Source of the DNA: an uncultured Methylomirabilota bacterium | GTDB lineage: Bacteria > Methylomirabilota > Methylomirabilia > Methylomirabilales > 2-02-FULL-66-22 | Length of the DNA: 64,000 nt | Assembly (NCBI GenBank): GCA_963845565.1 | Contig: CAWJSJ010000003.1 | Span: forward strand, 1-64,000 | Direction: 5' to 3' | Shown here: one piece after another, positions 15,004-26,715 of the stretch | How the letters are laid out: every line of letters begins with the position of its first letter | How positions within the stretch are numbered: position 1 is the first letter of the stretch | Notes under the pieces: model-generated | What the model saw: the letters and a program-made list of their open reading frames with translations, nothing else | What the model was told of the DNA's origin: nothing | The model's database searches: none | Made by a program: the position numbers and the translations under genes

Positions 15004-17000
15004 TTACTCGCGAGCATGCTCGCGCGTTTCCGGTTTCGGAAACGTCAGGAGTCGGTCCGTTTCGGCATCCGAAAGCTCCTCGAGTTCCGTCAGGAGTCGT
15101 TCCCGTGCCTCGCGCTCTGGACTCCTCGCGAGACTTACGGCGATCGCCGCCGCGACCCCTTCAACGGTAGGGGTGTCGAAAAGGGTCGACAAGGGGAGGT
15201 CGACGTGAAATGCCTCGGCGACCCGGGCGATGACCTGGCTGGCTGCCAAGGAGTGTCCCCCCAATGCGAGGAAGTCGTCATGAATGCCGACCTCATCCAG
15301 GTCCAGCACCGCCGCCCAGATAGCGCATACAACGTCCTCAACCGGCGTCCGCGGAGGCACCATCGGGTCATCCAACTCGGGTCGTGCCCGCCCCGGGGCC
15401 GGAAGGGCCCCTACGCTCACTTTGCCATTCGGGGCCTTCGGCAACGAATCAAGGGGCACGAAAACAGATGGGATCATATGGTCAGGAAGCCTCATGGCCA
15501 GCGCTCGCCGGAGTGCAGTGACAGTCGGAGCGGTTTCGCCTTCGGGAACAACATACGCCACCAGACGTTGGTCGCCGGATCGACTCTTGGCCGCGACGAC
15601 GGCGGCCTCTTTGACGGTGGGAAGAACGGCGAGGGCCATCTCGACCTCTCCGGCTTCGATCCGGTGGCCTTTGATTTTCACTTGGAAGTCCGTTCGGCCT
15701 AGGTGAACAAGGCAGCCGTCTGAGAGCATCCGCCCCAGGTCGCCCGTCCGATAGATGCGCTCATCTCCACCTTGCGGGTCGGGCAGAAAAGCAGCCTGTG
15801 TGAGATCGGGCCTTCGCCAATAGCCAGGGGAGAGATAGCGGCTCTTGACGGCAATTTCACCGACTCGGCTCGCCCCATCTTCTTCCGTAGTCTCGCCGAT
15901 CAAGAGGATCTCGTTGTCCTCGACCGGGTAACCAACCGGAACGCTGTTTCCGGTTATGCGCGTTTCTTTGTCAATGAAATACCACCGGATTGTTCCAGTT
16001 TCCGTGCTTCCTAGCCTGTTCACAAGAGTGCAGTCTTCGGAAAAATACTTCTTGTAGTACGCCACGTCTTGCTTGTAAACCAATTCGCCTACCAACTTGA
16101 TCACACGAACATGGGGAAACACCGCGTTTCCGGTCAGGCTCTTACAAAAGTGCCGGAACACCGTCGGGACCGCAGAGAAAATAGTGATTTCCTGCTGCAC
16201 CAACCAATCAGGTAGGCGAGCCACGCCCTCTTCTTTGATGTTCAGCGGGAAAAGGGATGCCCCATTCAGTAAGGCGGTATAGATCTCGTGTGCCGCGGCA
16301 TTGGTGCAAAAAGAGTAGACAAGGGATAGTCTGTCGTCCGCGCAGATCTGCAGGCTGTTGGTGTAGATCCGGATGAAATGCAGCACGTTCCGATGAGTCT
16401 GGACGACCCCTTTGGGCTGCCCGGTGGAGCCCGACGTGTACAAAATCCAGGCACGAGTGTCTGGAGAAAGCGACAGGCGAGGGTTTTCGGTAGAGTGCCG
16501 AGCATCAAGGTTATCCACGTCGATCACTGCGCACCCGCCGAGCGCCATCTCACGGGCGGAGGTAAGATTTTTGTGGTCAGTGATGATGAGTGTGGCTTCG
16601 GAATCCCTCAAGATATGCTGGCACCGTGCGGTGGGATGCGAGCGATCAAGCGGCACACAGATCTTGCCGGCCTTCAAGGCACCGACCATAGCGGAAAGCA
16701 TGGGGGCGTCATGTTCCAGCAGGAGGGCAATCGGCTCCTCTGCGGTTCCGCGTTGAGCAAGGATCGCGTGCGCCAAGCGGTTGGCTGCCTCGTTGAGCCT
16801 ACCGTAGGTCAGTCCATAGTTCCTGGACCTGACGGCGAGGCGATCAGGGTGTGCAGCGACTTCCTGTTCAAACCGATACGGAATCGATCGTTCGATCTCT
16901 CCCTTTTTGAATTCACGAAAACCAGCGGTCGGACCGACGCTGTGGTGGATTCGTCGTTGCCCGGAAAAGAACGCGGTCCACTTCCCGTTTGCTCACTCAT
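15004..17000 (-). CDS. Stand-alone adenylation-thiolation (A-T) didomain
   Basis: YTSGSTGQPKG, YRTGDLG, PNGK, T domain FLALGGHSL. The N-terminus (FREFKKGEIERSIPYRFEQ) extends upstream of the ORF call to an ATG at 17000 across a frameshift near 16965. Confidence 0.88.
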
Positions 17001-17040
17001 ATCCAATTCCCGCCCTCTACAACTCTCACTCGTCGCCCTG

Positions 17041-18984
17041 TCATGTCGCGCTGTTCCCCGCGCCGTCCAGCCCTTCCAGCACCCGGGCGAGCTCGCCTTC
17101 ACCTACGCTCATCGCCAGACCCTGAACCACAACCCGAGCCAGGCCGCCGACGGTCGGCACCTCAAATACAGTGCGCGGAGGCAGCTCCACGTGAAAGGTA
17201 CTGCGAATCCGGGAAACAACCTGGATCGCGAGCAACGACTGGCCACCTAGGTCGAAAAAGTCGTCGTGAATACCGACACGCTCCAACCCGAGGACCTCGC
17301 GCCAGATGTCGGCGAGCGCGCACTCGATGGGAGTGCGAGGGGGCACGAAAGCTTCGTCCAGCACTGCCTGTGTCAGGTCAGGCGGAGGAAGCGCACGACG
17401 ATCAATCTTCCCGTAAGCGTTCAGGGGAATTGCGTCGAGGATTATGAAAGCAGAGGGAATCATGTGGAGCGGCAGGCGCCTTGCGAGGTGTCGCCGGATT
17501 TCGTCTATTGCGGGCGGAGGGCTCGCTGCCGGGACCAAGTATGCGACGAGTCTGGGCTCTGAGGATTTGCCCGGCATCGCGACTACGACAACTTCCTTGA
17601 AGACACCCAACCCGTTGAGAACCTTCTCAATCTCAGGGATCTCCACCCACTGGCCCCGAATTCGTAGCTGGAAATTGTTCCGACCCAGGTATTCTAGGCA
17701 GCCGTCCGCGTGCATACGCCCCAGGTCTCCCGTCCGATACGTTCGCTCAAGTCCGCCTTGAGGATCCGCCACGAACGCTGCTTCCGTCAAATCGGGCCTT
17801 CGCCAGTAACCAGGAGCCAGATAGCGACTTCGGACGGCAACTTCTCCAACGCAGTCGAAGGCGACCGGTTGACTGGATTCATCCAACAATAAGATCTCCA
17901 TATCCTCAACCGCATAACCAATGGGCACGATACTCTCGGGGACGGGAGTATCCTTATTGACGAAAAATTGCCGCACGATTCCGCACTCCGTTGCCCCCAG
18001 CCCGTTAACCAGGACACAAGTGTCAGGGAAATACGTCTTGTAGAGCTCTATGTCCTTGGGGCTTGCCTGATCCCCTTCCAAGCGAATAACGCGCACCGCT
18101 GGGTAGCTGTGCTTTCCGGTTGCCAAGAGTCGGAAGATCGACGGCACGGAGTGATAGATGGTTATACACTCCTGACTGACCCAGGAAGCCAACCGGTCGG
18201 GCCCTTCATGCTGCAAGCTGAAGGGAAAGGAAGTGGCCCCGTTGAGGAGCGCACAGAACAGGCTCGAAACAGAGCCGCTGAAACTCGCTGACTGCAGAAG
18301 CGTTAACCGGTCAGTAGCACAGATGCGGAGGCTGTTGGTGTAACGCATGATATTGTGGAGTACGTTGCGGTGGGTATCCGCGACCCCCTTGGGTTTCCCG
18401 GTAGAACCTGAGGTATAGAAAATGTACGCCAGCCGTTCCGGAGGGAAGGCCAAACCAGGACTCTCGGGCGAGTTGACGGCCTCCATTGTATCGACGTTGA
18501 CCACCGACACGTCTGATGGCGCGAATTCACGGGCCTGGGCGAGGTGGGTGGCATCCGTGAGGATGATGGCAGCAGTCGAATCCGCCAAAATATCGGCGTT
18601 ACGCAATGTCGGTCCTAGAGGATCCAGGGGAACGTAGATCTTGCCCGCCTTCAGGCTCCCGATAATCGAGGCAACCAGCAGCACGTTCTGCCCAAACAGC
18701 AATGCCACGGGCTCATTGCCGCCGCCACGTCTTGCCAAGATCAGGTGCGCAATTCGATTTGCCCGCGCGTCCAATTGAGCATACGTCAATGCGTCGCACG
18801 TCGTCTTGACCGCAACCCTATCCGCGAAGCGGCGGGCAAGTTGCCCGAAACGATCTGAGATTGATTGTTCGGTGTCGCCTCTTTCAAAGCGAACGAAGGC
18901 GTTCGTGGGGTGGGCCGAAGTTGCAGATCGAGAAACTGCGAGGGGCCGTGAGGAACTCCTGCCTGCCTCGCTAGTCCCAGCCAT
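17041..18984 (-). CDS. Stand-alone A-T didomain
   Basis: Intact 647-aa ORF: YTSGSTGKPKG, GLGATEC, YRTGDLG, YGKIDR, T domain FFDLGGQSL. Confidence 0.92.
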   Translation of the reverse strand: MAGTSEAGRSSSRPLAVSRSATSAHPTNAFVRFERGDTEQSISDRFGQLARRFADRVAVKTTCDALTYAQLDARANRIAHLILARRGGGNEPVALLFGQNVLLVASIIGSLKAGKIYVPLDPLGPTLRNADILADSTAAIILTDATHLAQAREFAPSDVSVVNVDTMEAVNSPESPGLAFPPERLAYIFYTSGSTGKPKGVADTHRNVLHNIMRYTNSLRICATDRLTLLQSASFSGSVSSLFCALLNGATSFPFSLQHEGPDRLASWVSQECITIYHSVPSIFRLLATGKHSYPAVRVIRLEGDQASPKDIELYKTYFPDTCVLVNGLGATECGIVRQFFVNKDTPVPESIVPIGYAVEDMEILLLDESSQPVAFDCVGEVAVRSRYLAPGYWRRPDLTEAAFVADPQGGLERTYRTGDLGRMHADGCLEYLGRNNFQLRIRGQWVEIPEIEKVLNGLGVFKEVVVVAMPGKSSEPRLVAYLVPAASPPPAIDEIRRHLARRLPLHMIPSAFIILDAIPLNAYGKIDRRALPPPDLTQAVLDEAFVPPRTPIECALADIWREVLGLERVGIHDDFFDLGGQSLLAIQVVSRIRSTFHVELPPRTVFEVPTVGGLARVVVQGLAMSVGEGELARVLEGLDGAGNSAT

Positions 18985-19356
18985 TTATTTCGTCTCCGGG
19001 TCGCTCACGGACACACCGGCTTCCGGTGACCTCTTGGACGCCGGCCGAGGGGTCCCGGGGCATGCCGCCGGTCCAGCACAGTCGCCAAGTTGTACGAGCA
19101 GAAGACACTTGAAAGACTACGCACAAAGTCTCGGCATGTCAAGCGGAGCCCTTCCGCCAAAATCTCCGTTAAACAGGGCGCGCCTGGCGCGCTTCATCCG
19201 CACCCAGACCAGCACGGTGTGTTGGAGGGCGCCCGAGGGCTCGTCACGGATGGGGCATCGCATTCCTCCGTGCGGTTCTGCACCCGTTGGGTGAACGCCC
19301 GCAAACACGAGCCACCGGCGGCCGCATGGACGGCGGGTTCACGCATGATCTACTCC

Positions 19357-19918
19357 GCCTATCGGGGCCCGCGACTGAGCGGCGGGCCACAGGCCCGCCT
19401 GTTCGAGCCGCGTGTTCGGCCGCCGCAGGCGGACGAACAGGTGGCGCTCAGCCGCGGGCCCGTTCGGACGACCGTCCGCGGTCGGCCGAACCAGCCGTTA
19501 GGCGGCGAACGGGGTAAATCGGTGGCGCTTGACCCCACGAGGCGGCAGGAGTAGGCTTCCGCCAGGTTGCCCCTCGTTCCCGTTCTCGGGCGCACGTCAC
19601 CCCCTCCGAGGTCCGAACAGTGACGGGATTGTCGTTCGCTGTGCCCAGCCCATTCACGCCGTTTTGCTTTTTGTCGGCTGCAATACCACGACACAGCACA
19701 ACGTTGCCGCAATCAACCTCTGTGTGGCCAGCATCGCGGCGGATGTGGCGGTTTCTATCGCCAGCAGTACTCCGCCCGTCGGGGGGACCTTGGGGGGCGC
19801 CGGGTGCGAGGTGGCAGAAGCCCTGTTCGGGCAGTGTCCGGCGCCGGTCGCGCCCAACCCTCCCCGGTGGAACCGAGAGGCAGAGCGCGTTGCGCGCGCC
19901 GAATCGGCGCTATTAGGC
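19357..19918 (+). repeat. Cluster of degenerate attC-like imperfect palindromes
   Basis: GCCTATC..GTTCGGC (19357-19420), GACGAAC..GTTAGGC (~19432-19503), GCACAAC..GTTCGGG (~19696-19831), GCCCAAC..ATTAGGC (19852-19918), with internal inverted stems. Confidence 0.35.
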
Positions 19919-20050
19919 AAATCACCAAAAGCTGGAGGAAAACGGTCGCGGCAGGAGAGGGCGACGGGTCCGCCATCCAACGGTGCTTGAGAATCGACGA
20001 TTACTCTTAGCGCGACAGACCTCCAGAGAGCTGTCGCCCGGGAGACTACC

Positions 20051-22000
20051 GTGACAGATTCTTCCTCGCCAGACACGCCCTTGCCGGCGCGGCAGCGCGC
20101 CATATGGGCCGGCTGCGTTCATCCCAACGGCGGCTTCGTGGAGTTCAGCCGAGACCAGATCGAGCAATCGATCCCGGCCCGCTTCGAGCAACAGGTGGAC
20201 CGATACCCTGCCCGCCTCGCGGTCAAGACCAGACAGCACGAGTGGACCTATGCTGCCTTGAACCGGAACGCCAACCGCCTGGCCCACGCCCTCCTGGAGC
20301 AACGCGGCAGTGGTGAGGAACCGGTCGCGCTGCTTCTGAGAAGCGATGCCCACTTCCTGGCCGGTGTGCTCGCTGTGTTGAAGGCCGGCAAGATCTACGC
20401 GTCCCTGCCGCCCGCCGACCCGCGCGCCCGGCTCACCGCCATGCTGGAAAATCTGCGGCCCAGCGTGATCATCACCGACAGCCATCATCGGGTGCTGGCT
20501 CAGGAACTGGCGCCTGGCGAGTGCGCCATTCTCAACATCGACGAGACGGACCCTGCCCTCCCCGACACAAACCTGGGAGTGACCATTTCACCCGATAACC
20601 GCAGTTGGATCCTTTACACTTCTGGCTCGACGGGGCAGCCCAAGGGCGTCTCCCAGAACCATCGCAACGTGCTGCACCTCATGATGAACTACACCAACGC
20701 CCTACACATTTGCCGGCACGACCGGATGACTCTCCTGCACTCTGGGTTGACGCTGGATATCTTTGGCGCCCTGCTCAATGGCGCCGCCCTTTACCCGCTG
20801 GAGATCAAGCAAGAAGGTCTGTCCGCGTTGGCGGACTGGCTGGTCCGCAATGAGATCACCATCTACCGTTCGTTCCCGACCACCTTTCGCCAGTTCACGG
20901 ACACCTTGGCAGAGAATGAGACCTTTCCCCATGTACGCGTGGTCCACCTGGGGGGTGAGACGGTCACCCGGCGAGACGTGGAGCGGTACCGCAAGCACTT
21001 CCCGCCGCACTGCATTCTGGTCAACCATCTGGGCAGCAATGAAGCAGGGGGCATGGCGACTTACTACATCGACAACAACACCGAGATCGAGGAACCGAAC
21101 GTGCCGGTGGGCTACCCGGTGCCGGACAACCAGGTCCTCCTGCTGGATCAGCACGACAGCGCAGTGGGACTCGGCGACGCTGGAGAGATTGCAGTACGGA
21201 GCCGCTTCCTTGCTTTGGGCTACTGGGGCCGGCCGGACCTGACAAAAGAGCGGTTCCTTGAAGATCCAACGGGAGGCGATGAACGCCTCTTCCTGACCGG
21301 CGACCTGGGCCGACGCCTGCCCGATGGTTGCCTGCTCCACCTGGGGCGCAAAGACTTCCAGGTGAAAGTGCGCGGCTACCGCGTGGAACTCGCTGAGATC
21401 GAAGCGGCCCTGCAAGCCATCGAGGGGATCAGCGAGGCAGCGGTGGTTGCCCGTGAGGAGGGAGAAGCTGGCATGCGCCTCGTAGCCTACGTGGCGCCGG
21501 CCAAGCCGCCCGGTCTTACCATCACCACCCTGCGGGCCGCGCTGGCAGGCACTCTGCCCGACCACATGATCCCCTCCGCGTTCGTGTTCCTGGACGCTCT
21601 ACCGGTCACCCCCAACGGGAAGGTGGACCGCCGCAGCCTGCCTGCTCCTGAGCGCCTTCGCCCCAATCTGAATGTGCCTTTCGCCGTTGCCACTACACCG
21701 GTTGAGGAGAGGCTGGCGAGGATCTGGGCCGAGGTCCTCGACCTGGAACAGGTCGGTGTCCACGACCCCTTCCTGGACCTGGGCGGCAATTCTCTGCTGG
21801 CCACCAGCGTCATCTCCCGGGTGCTGACCGCTTTTCAGGTCGAGCTTCCCCTGCGCACGCTCTTCGAATCCCCCACGGTGACGGACATGGCGCTGGCCAT
21901 TACCCAGGCATTGGTAGACAGGCTCGATCCCGGCGAAATTGAGCAGTTGCAGACAGAGTTGAAACGGCTTACGAATCCAGAGGAGGCGGCTCGGGATTAG
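20051..22000 (+). CDS. Stand-alone A-T didomain (paralogue of 15004 and 17041 genes, opposite strand)
   Basis: Intact 649-aa ORF: EQSIPARFEQQV, YTSGSTGQPKG, TGDLG, PNGKVDR, T domain FLDLGGNSL. Confidence 0.92.
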   Translation: MTDSSSPDTPLPARQRAIWAGCVHPNGGFVEFSRDQIEQSIPARFEQQVDRYPARLAVKTRQHEWTYAALNRNANRLAHALLEQRGSGEEPVALLLRSDAHFLAGVLAVLKAGKIYASLPPADPRARLTAMLENLRPSVIITDSHHRVLAQELAPGECAILNIDETDPALPDTNLGVTISPDNRSWILYTSGSTGQPKGVSQNHRNVLHLMMNYTNALHICRHDRMTLLHSGLTLDIFGALLNGAALYPLEIKQEGLSALADWLVRNEITIYRSFPTTFRQFTDTLAENETFPHVRVVHLGGETVTRRDVERYRKHFPPHCILVNHLGSNEAGGMATYYIDNNTEIEEPNVPVGYPVPDNQVLLLDQHDSAVGLGDAGEIAVRSRFLALGYWGRPDLTKERFLEDPTGGDERLFLTGDLGRRLPDGCLLHLGRKDFQVKVRGYRVELAEIEAALQAIEGISEAAVVAREEGEAGMRLVAYVAPAKPPGLTITTLRAALAGTLPDHMIPSAFVFLDALPVTPNGKVDRRSLPAPERLRPNLNVPFAVATTPVEERLARIWAEVLDLEQVGVHDPFLDLGGNSLLATSVISRVLTAFQVELPLRTLFESPTVTDMALAITQALVDRLDPGEIEQLQTELKRLTNPEEAARD

Positions 22001-22039
22001 CTTGAATTCTTCGCGATGACTGTGCGTCGCTCACCGAGC

Positions 22040-22320
22040 AGCCGTACCACGTGTGGGCCCGCGACTTCCTGACGGACCGGATGCATGACGGACACGCCCT
22101 CCGACTCCTGACGATCGTGGACGAGTGCACGCGGGAGGCATTGGCGATCGTGGTGGCCTGAAAGGTTTCGGCGGATGACGTGCTGGCGACCTTGACCGAC
22201 TTGTGCATGACGCGGGGCTGCCAGGCCCACCTGCGGTCCGACAACGGCTCCGAGTTCTGCGCCAAGATCGTCCGCAAGTGGCTCGCCTGGTTCGAGGTGC
22301 GTACCCTCTTTATCGAAATC
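22040..22320 (+). mobile_element. IS3-family transposase remnant
   Basis: HVWA, IVDECTREALAIVVA*, HLRSDNGSEF. Nucleotide similarity to the 8800-9254 remnant is visible, in opposite orientation. Confidence 0.8.
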
Positions 22321-22627
22321 AGTAAAGGGTGTTGAAGGGCTCCTGTCAGCCGCAAAACGATTCGCCGCAAGTGGGCCACGACCATCCCCGCCGTATTGAA
22401 CAGCAGGAAACGCAGCCGCTTCGGCCGGGCGGTCCGGAGGTCTCCGGGTAACGCCAGCCGCTCGAGCGAGGGGACGAGGGGAGCAGTCGTAGATGCGTGC
22501 GTTCACGGAGAACTAGGCGGGGTTCGTCTCGAAACTCCAGCTCAGGAGGGCGGCGGTCGCCAGTTCGTTCTTTTTGACACGGCGGCAAGGGATCTCCCCC
22601 TTGCCGCCGTGGTCTTTGAGGGAGGAT

Positions 22628-25600
22628 CTATCGAACCGGCGACTGCATGTCCTGCTGGATCTCGGTGGAGCCAAGGGGTCGGTTGTAGATCCGCACTTCG
22701 TCGATCCGCCCCCTGAAGTATTGTCCCCACACGCTGTTTCCGCCGATACGGAGCACACCGGCCGACGTCACGATCGTACCGGACATCGCACGGCTTCCTA
22801 CCTGTACGCCGTTTACGAAGAGCCTGACGCTGGTTCCATCATAGGTCGTCGCAAGGTGGCTCCATGTATTCAGAGGAAGGCTGGTACTGCCAGCCGCACC
22901 TGTATCGGCTCCTCCCGTATTCACGCTACCCGCTGGACGCGAACTGCTGTCGTTGGCATAGAGGCCGTACGCCAGCCCACCGCTCCGCTCCTTTAAGACA
23001 ACCGTCCGAGTTCCAAAAAAGGTGGTCGGATACACCCACGCGGAGATCGTCAGACCGCTCGTAAGATCCAGAAGGTTTGAATCGTTGATTGTCACCACGT
23101 CGTTTCGTCCATCAAATCTCAAAGCCGATCCGAATTTCCCCGCCGACGTCCAAATCGCTCCGGTTATCGTCCCCGTGTGTCCCTTTCCTGACGCGTCGGC
23201 GACCGTCTTCCCGGTTCCCTCGCTGAAGCTATAGGCCGCGACGAGACCGGTCCCCGTCGTTGTTGTGGCAGTGAACGTCGCCGCCACATCCCGCACCTGG
23301 CTCATGGTGAGTGTGCACGGTCCCGTCCCCGCACACGCCCCGCCCCATCCTGTGAAGGTCGCGCCGGTGGTGGGTGTGGCCGTCAGGGTGACGCTGGTCC
23401 CACTCGTATAACTCGCGCTGCAAGTGTCGCCGCAGTAAATCACCGGCCGGGCTCGAGGTGACCGCCCCGGTGCCGGTGCCATTCTTGGTGACGGTGAGGG
23501 CGTAGGTGGTCGGGGTGCTCAGGGCGAAGGTGGCCGTGACGGTCTTGGCGGCGAGTCATGGCCACCACGCAGATCCCCGTCCCGCTGCAGGCTCCGCTCC
23601 AGCCGGAGAAGGTGGAACCAGAGGCCGCCGTCGCCGTCAGGGTCACGCTGGTGCCGGACTTGTATAGCTCGCACTGCAGGTGCTGCCGCAGGTGATTCCG
23701 CTCGGGCTGGAAGTGACCGTGCCGCTCCCCGTGCCTGCCTTGGTGACGGTGAGGGCGTAGGTCGTCGGGGTGCTCAGGGCGAAGGTGGCCGTCACGCTCT
23801 TGGCCGCAGTCATGCTCACCACACAGCTCCCCGTCCCGCTACACGCCCCGCTCCAGCCGGTAGAAGGTGGAGCCGGAGGCCGGGCGTGGCCGTCAGGGTC
23901 ACGCTGGTGCCACTCGTATAGGTCGCGCTGCAGGTGCTGCCGCAGGTGATCGCCGGTCGGGTTCGGAGGTGACGGTCCCGGTGCCGGTCCCTGCCTTGGT
24001 CACCGTCAGGGCGTAGGTGGTCGGCGCCGGGGTGCCCCCCACCGCCGTCGCCAGATCCGTCTGGATCTCGGCTTGGGTGAGGGCCCGGTTGTAGATCCGG
24101 ACGTCGTCGAGCCGGCCCTGGAAGTACTCTCCCCAGACACTGTTCCCGCCGAGCCGGAGGGGCGGTGCTGGAAGTCACAGACGTCCCGGCGGCGGCCCGA
24201 CTGGCGACCGGTTGCGTCCCGTTGACGAAGAGCCGGAGCGTGGCCCCGTCGTAGGTCATGGCGAGGTGGCTCCAGGTATTGACGGAGGGCGTCGCGCCGG
24301 GTACCGCGACGTCCTGGTCCCCGAGGTTCACGTACGCCGCCGGGGCGGTGCCGGCGATCTGGCATACAGGGCAGTAGGCCAGCCCCCGCCCGTCTCCTTC
24401 GATCAGGACCGTCCGCCAGTCGGTGCGTCGCCGTCGGGTACACCCAGGCCTCCAGCGTCATGCCCGTGGTGAGGTCGAGATCGGCGGCATCCGCCACGGT
24501 GACCCAGCTGCTGGTCCCGTTGAAAGTGAGGGCAGCGTTCCATTCTTCCCGCTCGTCGTCCAGGTGGCCCCGCTGAGCGTTCCGGTGTGGCCGTTCCCGG
24601 AGGCATCCGCCACCGTGGTCCCGGTGCCCTCGTTGAAGCTGTAGGCCGCCACCAGGCCGGTCCCGGTCGGGGGCGGGGTGCTCAGGGCGAAGGTGGCCGT
24701 CACGCTCGTGGCCGCGCCCATCGTCACGGCACAGCTCCCGGTCCCGCTACAGGCCCCGCTCCAGCCGGTGAAGGTGGAGCCGGTGGCCGGGCGTGGCCGT
24801 CAGGGTGACGCTGGTGCCACCCGCATAGCTCGCGCTGCAGGTGCTGCCGCAGCTAATCCCGGCTGGGCTGGAGGTCACCGTCCCGGTGCCGGTTCCCGCC
24901 TTGGTGACGGTAAGGGGTAGGTGGTCCGGGTGTGGCCGTGAACGTGGCCGTGACGCTCTGGGCCGCGGTCATGCTCACGGTGCAGGTCGCCGGTGCCCGT
25001 GCAGGCCCCGCTCCAGCCGGTGAAGGTGGAGCCGGTCGCGGCGGCCGCGGTCAGGGTGACGCTGGTGCCGTAGGTGTAGCTCGCGCTGCAGGTCGCTGCC
25101 GCAGCTGATCCCGGTGGGGCTGGAGGTCACGGTGCCACGTGCCGGTGCCCGCTCTTGGTGACGGTGAGGGCGTAGGTCGGAGCAGGGTGAACGTCGCCGT
25201 GACGCTCCGGGCGGCGGTCATGGTGACGGCACAGGTTCCCGGTGCCCGCTGCAGGCCCCGCTCCAGCCGGTGAAGGTGGAGCCGGTGGCGGCGGCCGCGG
25301 TCAGGGTGACGCTGGTGCCCGGTGGTATAGCTCGCGCTGCAGGTGCTGCCGCAGTTGATGCCGCCGGGCTGGAGGTGACGGTCCCGGTGCCGGTCCCCGC
25401 CTTGGTGACCGTGAGGGCATAGGTCGTCGGGGTGCTCAGGGCAAAGGTGGCGGTGGCGCTCTTGTCGGCATCCAGGACCACGGTGCAGCCGCCGGTCCCG
25501 GTGCAGGCCCCGCTCCAGCCGGTGAAGGTGGAGCCGGTGGCGGGGGCGGCGCTCAGGGCGACGGTGGTGCCGGAGGGATAGGTCGCACTGCAGGTGCTCC

Positions 25601-26111
25601 CGCAGGTGATGCCGCTCGGGCTGGAGTCCACGGTGCCGGTCCCGGTGCCGCTTTTGGCCACGGTCAGGGTCCGGACCACGGGGGTCGGGGCGACCGCACA
25701 GGCCTCCGGAGTGTATGGGGAATCCCCCACGGTGTTGTAGGCCCGGACCCGGTAGCAGTACGTCGTTCCCGCGGTCAGGGTGGTATCGATATAGGACATG
25801 ACCGTGGCGCCCGTGCTGGCCACCTGCGCGAAGGCCCCGGTGGTCCCCGTCTTCCGCTCCACCTTGAACCCGGTATGATCGTCCGGCGTGGCGTCGCTCC
25901 AGCTGGCGGTGAGCTGGGCCGCGTGGGCGGGGGTACTGCCGAGCACAAGGACGAGACCCAGGGCGGCGAACGCCGCGACCGCCAGGACGCGAGATCGTCG
26001 GAAACACGGGCTGGTGAACTGCCAAGAACTCGCTTTCAAGTGCATGCGACTTCTCCTCATCGTGCTGTATTTCTGGAAAAGAAATCCAGAGAGAATGTAG
26101 AGTGAATGCAT
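22628..26111 (-). CDS. Large secreted/surface protein: signal peptide, FN3-like domain, ~7 InlB-B-repeat-like (bacterial repeat) domains and 2 LamG/ConA-like domains (many frameshifts)
   Basis: Repeats LTVTKAGTGTGTVTSSP.GI.CGSTCSA.Y..GTSVTLTA....GSTFTGWSGAC.GTG.C. LamG motifs LVAAYSF.EG.G, AWVYPT, WSHLA.TYDG, F.GRIDEVRIYNR. Start codon uncertain (26111-26045). Confidence 0.82.
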
Positions 26112-26149
26112 CGAAATTCAGACCTCAAAGAAAAACCGTTTATGGTGTA

Positions 26150-26166
26150 CGCAATTTTTGCGCCCA
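26150..26166 (-). promoter_or_regulatory. Putative sigma-54 promoter for the surface-protein gene
   Basis: Minus strand reads TGGGCGCAAAAATTGCG (GG-N10-GC with TTGC). Confidence 0.55.
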
Positions 26167-26633
26167 ACTTCGAATACATGACGATGTCTTTATTTAATGG
26201 ATGTTACGAGTACTACGAGGATTCGGATGGGGAAGACTTGTCGAATCTACCGATCGAAATGACAGGGGCTTCCTGACAGAGTGCAACACGAAAAGTCGAA
26301 GTGTAATGTGAGTGGTCAACTTGGGCGCGAACCCCCTGAGTCGATGGTTGTCGTACGGTCAAGGATGAGCGCTGAAACGGGAGCCATATGGGAAGGTTGG
26401 GTAGCAGATACGGACGGAAGGAATGCGAGCCAGCTTTGGCCACTCATTGCTCATCGAGAGAATGGGCCTGAAGACCAGTGGAATGTCCGATAAGTTTACA
26501 CCCATGGACACTTCAAAGAGGTCAGAAAATCGCCTCTTGAATTTATGAACTGATTTTTCTATGTTAATACACATATATAATTCAAATAGTTACATTACAT
26601 ATCTGTTCAAATGATGCTCTCGAATGTCTAGAA

Positions 26634-26649
26634 TGGAATAATTAATGCA
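26634..26649 (+). promoter_or_regulatory. Putative sigma-54 promoter for the PEP-CTERM gene
   Basis: TGGAATAATTAATGCA (GG-N10-GC) about 65 bp before the ATG. A TGT-N11-ACA motif (TGTCCGATAAGTTTACA) lies at 26484-26500. Confidence 0.5.
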
Positions 26650-26715
26650 ATTTTTTCATCAGGTAATTGGATTCTCAGAGTAGACTTTTCTGGGAACCGT
26701 GAAGGAGGAAGGAAA

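Noticed and set aside
23250..25700. ~240-bp tandem repeats as a non-coding array
   Set aside because: They translate into repeated protein domains of the surface protein.
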